64,000 bases of DNA from contig NW_003314350.1 of the NCBI RefSeq assembly GCF_000143415.4, positions 62,001-126,000 of the forward strand, written 5' to 3'. Positions 1 through 9,930 of the stretch are shown one piece after another. Positions within the stretch are counted from its first letter, which is position 1, and each line of letters opens with the position of its first letter. This stretch comes from Selaginella moellendorffii. Taxonomy: Eukaryota; Plantae; Lycopodiophyta. Made by a program: the position numbers and the translations under genes. The notes under the pieces were generated by a model. The model made no database searches and had not been told where the DNA came from. It was given only the letters and a program-made list of their open reading frames with translations.

Positions 1-490
1 TAGGAGCTCATTTGCACTTTCTGTTGTTGCCATTTTCATAGCCATACTACAATCTTCTGTCTCGCAATCAAAATCTGAAAAGAACGAAGGAAGAGAATTT
101 ATTTCAACCAAGAAAACAATTGTAGTTGAAGCACCTTTGAGACGAAGTTCATCTAGGAGCTCATTTGCAGTTTCTCTTGTTGCCATTTTCATAGCCATAC
201 TACAATCTTCTGTCTCGCAATCAAAATCTGAAAAGAAAGAATTTGTTTCAACCAAGAAAACAATTGTAGTTGAAGCACCTTTGAGACGAAGTTCCTCTAG
301 GAGCTCATTTGCAGTTTCTGTTGTTGCCATTTTCATAGCCATACTACAATCTTCTGTCTCGCAAGTTGGAGCACAAGCTTCTGTCTCGCAAGTTGGAGCA
401 CAGTCTTCTGTCTCGCAAGTTGGAGTACAATCTTCTGTTGGAGCAAAATCTTCTGTTGGAGCAAAATCTACTGTCTCGCAAGTTGGAGCA
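1..490. repeat. Tandem repeat array: 153/144-bp units followed by 27/18-bp units
   Basis: TAGGAGCTCATTTGCA recurs at 1, 154 and 298; TCTTCTGTCTCGCAAGTTGGAGCA-type units lie at ~350-490. All unit lengths are multiples of 3. Confidence 0.9.
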
Positions 491-1074
491 CTTAAGCTCA
501 CAGTTTCCGGTACTTGGGGTTTCATAAAAGAAAGGTCCAGTGTGTGTTTGATTCGCCTGAAACTTTCACTTTTCCCCAATGAAAGAAGAAAAAACAAGAC
601 AAACCTCGCACTGTTCTTTGATCGAACCCGCGACAACCGGGACATGAAGCTCGGATTTTCTTCTCTGCCCTCCTCACGGTCCCAAAACTCGGCGACGTCC
701 ATCAATCCACCTTTTGAACAAGAGGGAATCGATGGCATCACTCGCGACTTGTTGGTGGCATTTTTCTTGGATCGAACCCGCGACAAACGACACACTAGGC
801 TCTGATCTTCATCTTCGACTGTGCAAATCAAGAACCTCAAGAAAAGCTACAGGAGGAAAAAGAAGAGATAAAAGAAAGTACCTTCGTTACTCTTGGATTG
901 AGAAGGACCGGACTCCCCCATCTCCTCCCAGTCGCAAAATGTAGCAAGATCCTGCTCGCGGAGGAACCCCAGCGACGCTGGCATGAGCCGGAAGATATCA
1001 TTCTCCTCATCCTCATCGTCGTCCTCGCTCAGCGGCATCTCCTGCCGCTCCACGATCATCCTCCCTGCCCACAA
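1..1074 (-). CDS. Spliced gene of unknown function with repetitive acidic C-terminal exons; runs off the left edge
   Basis: Exon 1 reads MWAGRMIVERQEMPLSEDDDEDEEND... with a GT donor near 880. A stop-free minus frame from ~540 to 1 reads APTCETEDC repeats and MAMKMATTETANELLEELRLK repeats. Confidence 0.45.
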
Positions 1075-1261
1075 ACCCTAGCCCTCGCAAAAGCAAATTC
1101 AAATTAATTGGCTGCCCCAGGAATCGAGCCCGAGACTTTTCCGCGTTATCCACCGTGGACGGCTAGGATGCGGCTAGCTCTTTCACTGTCAGCTGACACG
1201 TCAGCAGCAATGCAGTGTTGTGCTTGTTCTTGCTCTTGGCTATTAGGGTTTGTGGCGGGCG

Positions 1262-2804
1262 ATGGAGGATGTGCTGCCCGCGCTGCTGCTGCAAACAATC
1301 CTGGCACGGACGGATGCCGTGGACTGCGCTAGGGTAGCTTGCGTCAATCGGCGATGGCGGGCGCTGGCGCACGACGACACGCTCTGGTCGCAGCACTGCC
1401 GGGACGAGTATGGCGTGTGCGCTGCCGCGGATTTCATGGGCAATCCCTGCTGCAGCTTCAAGGTGAGCCAGAGAGCGAGAGATTGTAGCATTTTCTAGCG
1501 GGCATTCTAGGACAAGAAGTGGATTTAAATCCCACCATTGGTTCTCTCGCAGGAAACTTACGCTGCCTGGCACGACGAATTCAACCAGTATGGTGGGCTC
1601 GTCTATCGGACCAAGAAACTCTGGGATGATTTGAAGGGCGTGCTGCGCTCCAATTATCCCGCAGTGGCCGATTCTCTCGCCCGCCAGGCCTCGGAGGCGG
1701 ACATTGTCGCGGCCGAGAGCACGTTGGGCTGGCCTCTGCCTCCTCACGTCCGCCTTCTCTATCGCTTCTGCGATGGCCAGCAGATCGTGGATGGCGACGA
1801 GATCGCTCACCAGTACGTGGGTCTTCTCGGAGGATACTACTTCTACAATCACTTTGTCAACGTCCAGCTCCTGCCGCTCCAGCAAGTTGTCTCCTACACC
1901 CAGCGCCTCCTCTCGCGAGCTCCCGCTGGAACCAAGAGGATCGTCATCGCCGCGTCGTGCAACTTAAACAAGTTCTTCCTCCTCGACTGCGACAGTGGGA
2001 TGGTGCTGGTTGGCACCAAGAACTTCCTCAAGAAGTACGAGGTCATGCCTTGCCTGCCGCTGGCGAGCAGCAATCCCGGCGATGGCATGCTGCGGTGGCT
2101 CGAGGAATACCGGGATGGACTTTTGAGTGGCAAGTATACAGTGCGCAACGACGATGGGATCCGGAGCATCAGCCTCTATCCGGAGAATGGATCCACTTGC
2201 ACAGAGGCTGTGACACAGGGAATCCAGGTGCGTTCTTAAGGTTCTTGCGGTCTCTTTGTTGTGACGTTCTGTGAATTTTTCCAGGTGAGAGCTTCTGCGG
2301 TGTTTGTTCCTGAGCTGTCTGATCCAGAGGCTCAAGAGAAGTATCTCTTCAGTTACTCCGTTCGAATGCGGTTCCTGCCCGTCAGTGGCTTGGCTTTTAA
2401 CCAGTGTCAACTTTCGAGGCGCCACTGGGTCGTGACCGCCGACGATGAAATCGTCGATGAAGTGCGCGCTGAGGCTGTGGTTGGCATGGTAAGCTCCAGG
2501 ATCTCGTAGCAAAACAGGACTTTTTTATGTGAGCTTACCCTTGCTTCTTCCAGTATCCGCTTCTCAAGCTCGGTGGCGACGCCTTCGTTTACGAGAGCTG
2601 TAGCACGCAGAACACGCTGTCCGGATCGCTGGAGGGCGATTTCACGTTCGTGCCTGGATGGTATGTTGGTTTCTCTCTTTTGGTTTAGCTCGCTAAAGAA
2701 TTTGCTCTCTCTCTCTCTCTTGCAGCCTTAGCAGGCAAGAAGGTCCAGAGTTTTGCGTGAGAGTGGCACCTTTCCCTATGCAAGTTCCTCGGTACATATT
2801 CTAA
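1262..2804 (+). CDS. SKIP16: F-box protein SKIP16-like (F-box + SMI1/KNR4-like + ApaG/DUF525), 5 exons
   Basis: F-box (LLLQTILARTDAVDCARVACVNRRW), SMI1-like LGWPLPPHVRLLYRFCDGQ, ApaG motifs YLFSYSVRM, CQLSRRHW, YPLLK...FVYESC and GSLEGDFTF; GT-AG introns. Confidence 0.9.
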
Positions 2805-3193
2805 GCGCGCACGAATTGGATTGATGGTTTGTGTTGTAAATACTCTGGAAATTTTTCTTCTTTTTTCTCCTGTGCTGTGCTAAGTTATACCTCTAAGCTC
2901 TGGTGCTCCTGTATGTAACTCTAGCGTGGAAGAAGAAAGAAAAACATTCATACAGTTATAAAACAAGCCTTGTGTGGAAGTGCTCTCGTCCAATCAGATG
3001 GTGTCCATTTGGCACCTCTCCCAAATTGGCAGCAAAGCTGCCACGCGTCACGAATATTCCCCCGGCCGGCTCTATCCGTCATTCTCTGACGGGCGGGCAT
3101 ATTCCGTCAAGAGGAGAATATTCTTTCCCCTTGGCACTAGGCTTTTCTCTTTTCTCTCTGTCTCTCTCTCTGCCCGCGGCGAAAGAAGAAGCT

Positions 3194-3877
3194 ATGGCGG
3201 TAGCGTCGCCTCTTTCCATCTCGGTGTCCAACGATGTGGACCAATTCGTGTCCGGCGATGGCGATGGGTTCGAGCTGGAGCCGTCGCGCGTCGTCAAGGT
3301 GGAATCGGAGGAGGCGTGGGAGCAATTCCTCAAGGAGGCCAATGCACAGAGCGCCATTGTAAGTGTTTGACCTACGGCTCTAGCTCCACTTGTAGTTCCA
3401 GCGCGCAGCTACAAACGCGATCCTTGGGAATCCTTAAAGGATCTAATCCTTGTTTCTTAGGTGGTGGCTCATTTCAGTGCCGAGTGGTGCGCGCCTTGCA
3501 AATTCATGGAGCCGGCCTTCAACAACATGTCCAAGCGATTGTCTCACGTTATTTTCTTGGAAGTAGACATGGACGTCCAACATGTAAGTGGTTCTCTCTT
3601 CTTTCTCTCTTTGCTCCAAACTTCGAGAACGCGCAGGAATGAGAATGAAGAACAAAACAAAAGAGTGTTTTTTTTTGTGTGTGTTCTTGGTTTGTGGCCT
3701 TCGTACTGATTGATTGCTCCTTTGGGTGGAACTTGGCAGGAGCTGGCTTCCAAGTTGCAAGTGAAAGCACTGCCGACTTTTCTCTTCATCAAGGACGAGG
3801 CAGTGATCGACAAAATCGTGGGAGCCAATCCGGAGGAGCTGGAGAAGAAGATCGAGACACTGGCCTCGCCGTGTTGA
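3194..3877 (+). CDS. Thioredoxin h-type (CXXS1-like lineage) with WCAPC active site, 3 exons
   Basis: VVAHFSAEWCAPCKFM, FLEVDMD, VKALPTFLFIKD...DKIVGANPEEL. Confidence 0.9.
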
Positions 3878-4314
3878 TGAGCACGCACGACTCGACTGGA
3901 CGGGTCTCGTTTTTTTTTTTCTCTCCCCCTTTTCTTTGTTTGATCGCTACGTAGGAGGCCATGGAATAAGTGCTGCTACAAGCCGGGGTTCCATTTCATC
4001 ACCATCGTCACGGTCGTTGTCGTCATTCAGCCCGCCCAAGGATTTTCGATTTCTCCCACGAGTTTTCTTCTTCTTTTATCTTCGTGTAGGTAGCTCACAG
4101 ACTGTGCATATGAATCTATAGATGTTTGCGCTCTACACCGATTGAATCAATCTACGAGAGTTTGATGCGTTACCCCGTGATCACGCCAGGTTCTTGGTTG
4201 CTGTTGGTTCCAGAGATTTGGATTGGGATTCTGCGAATGGTGAGTCTGTTCGTCACGTCGCAATCGCTTCGTTCGTGTCCGAGAATGAGAAGACGAGTGG
4301 TTTCGTCCAAGCGA

Positions 4315-4412
4315 GAAACTCTGCGTGGCTCCCCGTAAGCCAGCTATGGAGCTTATCATCGTCAGCTGATAAATCCCCCCCAGATGGCATACAGGGAGCC
4401 AGGCAGAGTGAT
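4315..4412 (-). ncRNA. MIR160: pre-miR160 hairpin; mature miR160 at 4385-4405
   Basis: The minus strand has an exact TGCCTGGCTCCCTGTATGCCA (canonical plant miR160). The star arm GGCTTACGGGGAGCCACGCAGAGT at ~4318-4341 pairs with it. Confidence 0.97.
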
Positions 4413-4868
4413 TTTGTTTCTTCTTTCTTGCTCGGCTCCACACAAACTTCGAAGAATCCTGGCAACCAAAAAAAACAACAAAAAAAAACCAGTTTTTTTT
4501 TCCTCTCTTCTCTTCCCAGAGACCGTGAGAGAATGATTCATGCGTTTGTTTTTACGAGGAAGAAGATGTAAACGAGAACTTTTACCTGGAAACTTGGATG
4601 GATCATCGCCAGGATTTGACAGATCGCTTTCGACTGTAACAGCGAGCAATTTGGAGTCTTTGTGACCTGGAAAGCTGCGAGCTTGAATCGGAGCAGTTCC
4701 CAGTCCTCGTCAAACAAAGCTTAAACAAAAGAAAAAAAGAGAGTAGCGATGAGCATGAAAAAGTTTAATCGCGAGAGAGTGTGAAGACCACCGACTTGTG
4801 TGCGATAGGAATGAATGAATGCTTGTGTTGCTGCGAGTCTTGTCGCCAGTTGGTCTAGATCTCTCCGC

Positions 4869-4877
4869 GCTATATAC
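4869..4877 (-). promoter_or_regulatory. Candidate TATA box of pri-miR160
   Basis: TATATAG on the minus strand upstream of a UTR-like exon and a GT-AG intron (4585-4459) that precedes the hairpin. Confidence 0.4.
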
Positions 4878-6357
4878 AGTTCAATCAATTCAATCATGGC
4901 AGGGAATAGTCAATCCAATCACACTCGAGCTCTTCGCCAATCCAATGCAGCATGAATTCAAGCACTCACCATGGAGAATTCGGATAGAAATCTCGCCTTT
5001 GCGTCACTTGCATTGTCGAATTCTCGGTTGGATCCCGTTTGGATGGGGATGGACTACTGCAATGGAATGGAGGACAGCTCTCGATCTCCATGCCCGCTCG
5101 CTCGCTCGCAGCAATCTCGCAGTCGATCGAAACGCACAAAGAGTGGATTGAGAGAAGAAACGAGAGGAAGAAGAAGAAAGAACGTTGTTCCGCAAAGCAC
5201 CTTCTTCCTTTTTATTGCCCAACAGAGTTTTCAATCCACAGCACGTCACGCCCGTCGGCGCCCGTCAGTAGTTCGTTTCTGCCACGTGCCACGCTCCCAG
5301 CCGTCCGTGGCGAACAACGAAGAACACACGCATCAACCTCCGTTATAGACTAAACTCTTTTTCTATTTCTTCTTCTTCTTTCGTTACGCGTTTGCTTTGC
5401 TTTGCCTCGCATCGCAGCTCCATTGCATGCTTGCCCGTGAAACGGCCGTGATGTAGGTAGCCATCTTCGCTCGAGAGATTTCTTTTCGTTTCTTCTACTC
5501 GCTCCAACCGTTGCCAAAGGGGAAGCTTGTAGCCCGCTGCTAGATTTCCTGCCTCGCTCCATGGATCACTCCTCCAGAGCATCACTTATCCCATCATCTC
5601 CGCTCGTTCGATCGCTCGCTCGCTACTGCCACTGCCACTGGAATCCAAAGAAGCATTAAGTTAGTCCAATCCACAAAGCTTTTCTTAATCCAGGAAGAAC
5701 TTACTCGCAGGACGATTCCAACCAACCCACCAACGCTTGCGTACTCTGCGGTACCCGAGCTGCAAGGAAAAGCCCGGAGCAATTACAAACTCCCGCCCCC
5801 ACTCGATCCAAACATCCCAGTCACAGGATTGATTCAGCAATATCACAACCAGAGCTTCAGTGGTCGTGGTCACAGCTTTGCTGGCTGGACGTTTCCTGTA
5901 TACGACTTCTCGACTTTATGGAAAACAAGTGAGTGAGAAAGAAGAAGATGAAGCTCACTTCCTTCCATTGGCTTATCTCCAAACTCTTGGGCGGAGGACG
6001 AGTTGGGATAACTTAGCAAGCAAACGCCTTGTAGTATACACAGCCCCTGGTGGTTTTTCCTTTCTTTCCAACTGAAGAAATGCCTTACCATCGTACGTTC
6101 CCTGCTTGTAAAATAAATGACGCAAGGAACTCACATGGGATATGGCTGGCCGGTGGACTGACCAGTCTCACCATGACCGAGTCTGATCACCAGGGCACCA
6201 GCACCTGCAAAGCATTTATCAGAATCTTCAATGGAAGGAATAGACACAAGTTGAAAGCCAAGCAACCGACATGAGGCACTTACCCTTGACAGAGATGAGA
6301 GAATAGTTCGTATGGAGCGCGCGTAAGCATGAGCGCTGTCCTAGAGCCGGTCCTAGG

Positions 6358-8177
6358 CTACTTCTGCAACTTTGCGGGTGTAGGCTTCTTCTTGACCGCT
6401 GCTGCTGTTGCTGCTGCTGCTCCTGCTGCCGCTCCTGCTGCCGTCGTTGTCGGGGTTTGATCGGCTCCCTCAACTTGTTGCTTGTTCTGGCTCAGTACCA
6501 TTTGAACGTAACAGTGCAGCTGCCACAGCGTCCCCGTATCCTGTCGAGCGAAACAGTCTTGGTTTAGTATCATCAACGTACTGTACGAGAGATTTCTCAC
6601 CAGGGCATCAATATCCACCTCGACTTCAGCAACTGCGGCATTGAAACTGGGATTATTCTTTGCGATTATCTGGATCACGCGGTTCAGGCCCGTTGGAGGC
6701 AAGCGCCCGAGACTCTGACCAAGTTGTCTTTTCTCTTCGATCGACATTGGCCTACACACACGCAGGTAAGAATAGGAAGAGAAACCATCGAGCATTTGCC
6801 TGTATTTTGATGTAGCACTGATTTTAATCTCCTCGAGCTCGTCTTCTAGATTGTTTAGCTGTGAACGTTCTAGGTGAGAAGGAACTCTAGCCTCACAAGA
6901 CGTGTACCTTTTTGCAGATCTCGTGAGCCATCCTATCAAGCGCAACTTCCTCTGCGGCTTTAGCCTCCTCGCCTTCGTGAACTTCCAATTCCACCATTTC
7001 CTGCTTTCGTTTAGCACCCTTAAAGACACACACAATTACCAAGTGGTGTCAAGTTTAAACACAAAAATCTCCTGATACCGACTTACCTCTTCTAGAAGCT
7101 TTGGTTCCAGAACGAATTTATATTTCTCCTCAAACTTTTCAGAAAGCGTCTTAGCCATGACATACACGTCGGTTCCCACTTCGTTATATGTCATCGCGTT
7201 CGAGAAAACAAGCCTCACGTCCTCGGCAATTTCTTGCACGCTCCGGTATCCACTCCCATCTTTGGCTTCCATCTTTTCTCGAATAGTTCTAAAGTCCATA
7301 GGACGTTTAATTACCTGCAAACAAAATAAAACCACGATGATCAGCAGGGAAGACAAGAAGTAAAAAAGCGCTCCTTACATCGTAGTAATCGTGTAATTGC
7401 AAGCCCTCCACATCAACAGGTTGCATGAAAGGCCAAGCCCACTTGTGTTGTGTAACCTGCATAAGAATAGAACGGGGTTTGTCAGCTCACAACTCTACAT
7501 TGCCTTACCTGTCGAAGAATGTTGCTAAATATTCTCAAGTGATCCTGTGCACGCTTCATATGCAGAGCTTCGCGGCGAGCGTTCTCTAGAGCTCGCTGCT
7601 TCTTAATGGCCGCGACTGCCTTTTCTCTATCATCGTCAGTCACTGTAATTCCAACCGGTCTATCTTTCAGGGAAGCTCTTCGCATCCTGAGAATATCAGA
7701 AACTTGCCGCTCCATCTGTTTATTCACACAAAAATTTGCAGGAGAGATGGAAGGAAAAACAAAAGAAAAAACTTACATCTTCTACTTTGGAATTCATCTC
7801 CGTGACCTGGACTTTCAAGCTTCGCTTAAACTCGTCTTTGTCTGGCGATGCTTGCTGCGAGCCTGTGATAGACTGTGTAAGTGGAATAAAAAAAACCAAA
7901 GTTTAATCTATATACCCGGCATTCGACTTCGATCGTTCACAGCCGGAGACTCTCCAGCTTTGCCTTCTTCCACGCCTTCCATGGCTTCGTCCCGTCCATT
8001 ACTATCGGCGGAGCCATCGGTAGCTTGAGCGGACATAAGCGTGGACAAACTCCGGCATGGACGCTTTGCATCCCTCTCGTTGCTGTTGCTGGGACTAACC
8101 ACGGAGGTGTTCTTGAGATGAGACATTCCTTTGGAGATCTTTCGCTTCCTCTCACCTGTATCATCCCTCTCCTCCAT
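6358..8177 (-). CDS. Bromodomain + ET-domain transcription factor, GTE1/GTE6 (IMB1)-like; start may instead be the ATG at 7982
   Basis: Bromodomain HKWAWPFMQPVDVEGLQLHDYYD|VIKRPMDF...VRLVFSNAMTYN; ET domain CRPMSIEEKRQLGQSLGRLPP...VEVDIDAL. Confidence 0.9.
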
Positions 8178-8211
8178 CCAGGGTTAGGGCAAAATCACAC
8201 TCTAAGAAAGC

Positions 8212-8586
8212 ATGGCGTCCTTGCAGCTCCAGGTTTGTGATTCTCCTTTTCGTCACCGATGATCGAAATCTCTACCAGGAGCGCGCGCTTGGAGCAACCC
8301 TGGGACTGATCGCTGGAGCTGGAGCTGTTCTCTACGAGCGCCGGCTGCTGTGGCGATCTACTGCCATCACAGGACACGCATTGTCTGGCGGAAACATGCC
8401 ACTGCCTCCCCCGATCCCTGTGAGCCCCAAAATCTCGATTTCTATCTCTGCCTGACTCGCGATTCACAGCCTCCGGAGCCGCTCTTCGGGAAGAAAGATC
8501 GAGAGGAGCTCGCGCACGCCTGGAATCTCAGCATCGATCGCTACTTCAAGCCGATCATCGCCGAGCTCTCGGCCAGAGGCTGGTAG
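8212..8586 (+). CDS. Small single-TM protein of unknown function, 3 exons
   Basis: MASLQLQ|ERALGATLGLIAGAGAVLYERRLLW...|PPEPLFGKKDREELAHAWNLSIDRYFKPIIAELSARGW; clean GT-AG introns. Confidence 0.7.
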
Positions 8587-8722
8587 AAGGAAATGGAATT
8601 GAGAGAAACATTTTGACCTAAAAATAAGTTTAGTCTAGCCTAGTCTCCCAAGTGCCCTAATCGAACAGGAGCTCGCGATTGCCCCAGATTTCTCCAGAGC
8701 GCGCGAGCTAGGGGGGATTTCC

Positions 8723-9795
8723 ATGGCGTGGCAGCAGCAGCAGCCGCCGCGGCCAATGCAGGTATGCTTCTTCCGCTTGGATCTCGCGTTTGATTCGAGA
8801 GAAGAGATTTCTCGTCGCAGCCGTATGGATACAACAATTTTGTTCCTCAGCCCGGTATGCCTGGAATGCCACCACAGCCGCCGCCTGGATCCGGCGATTC
8901 AGCCTTCTACAACTCGGATCTCATTCGCACGGGGCTGGGCGCCTACGGCGAGAAATTGTTTGGCAGCAGCAAAGATTATGTACAAAGCAATGTAAGCTTT
9001 CACAAAAGAGAATTTTTTTTTTTTTCCTCTCGTTTCTTAGAGTGTTCTTCCTTCGTCGCAGATTTCCAGGTTCTTGGCCGGGCAAGACATTCACTATTAC
9101 TTCCAGCTCAACGAGCAATACGTGAAGAACAAGCTCAAGATCATTTTGTTTCCATTTCTACACAAGGTGGGAGGCTTGACAAAATCTTGCTAGAGATTGA
9201 GAGATTGTGTTCCAGGGACACTGGACGAGAATCGCCGAGCAAGTCGCGGGAGGCATCACTTACAAGCCTCCTCGGTATGATATCAACGCTCCCGACTTAT
9301 ACATTCCTCTCATGGCTCTCGCGACGTATGTGGTTCTTCGCTGCTACGCTCTTGGCTTCACCGGAAAGTAAGATCTCGATCTCGTTCAAGCTCTCTCTCA
9401 CCATCGCTCTTCGTCACAGGTTCTCGCCGGCAGTGATGCAATCCAGCTTCTCCCACGGGATTGGAGCGTGGCTCGTGGAAGTGATCCTCGTCAAGGGGAT
9501 GCTCTTCGCGGTGGGCAGTGGCGAAGTCCCATGGCTCGACACGCTCGCCTACAGCGGCTACTCACTCGTCGGTATGTCTCTCTCCATCGCCGCGACGATC
9601 TCGAGCAAGTACCTCTTCTACTTCGCGCTCCTCTGGACGGGGATTTGCATGGGTGTGTTCCTCGTCAAAACGCTCAAGAGAGTGTTCCTGGCGGAGGTCC
9701 GGAGCTACGAGCGCGACTCGAGCAAGCACCACTACTTGCTGCTCTTCGTCGCCATCGCCCAAGTTCCAATCTTTCTATGGTTTACTCGGCTCTAG
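8723..9795 (+). CDS. YIF1: YIF1 family ER-Golgi membrane protein
   Basis: [24 protein letters not shown]|GHWTR...[19 protein letters not shown] and [10 protein letters not shown]. Confidence 0.92.
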
Positions 9796-9930
9796 CTTTG
9801 CCGCAAAGCTTTCGTGCGTTTTAATTTAGTCGCGGCGCGTATATTCCCCATAAACCCTAGAATTTTTTTTGAAAGGCAGCGCCTTGGAGAAGATACTAGG
9901 GGAGGAGGGCTTTCTCTCTCTCCCGGGGCG

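Noticed and set aside
137-805. 222-aa plus-strand ORF
   Set aside because: Antisense by-product of triplet-length repeats; splice signals favour the minus strand.
1108-1208. tRNA-like 3' end on the minus strand (GGCTCGATTCC...GGCAGCCA)
   Set aside because: The T-loop is non-canonical and there is no convincing D-arm or anticodon arm; tRNAscan-SE would be needed.
4905-4950. miR159/319-like TTGGATTGGCGAAGAGCTC on the minus strand
   Set aside because: Several mismatches plus an indel relative to miR159, and no pairing arm found.
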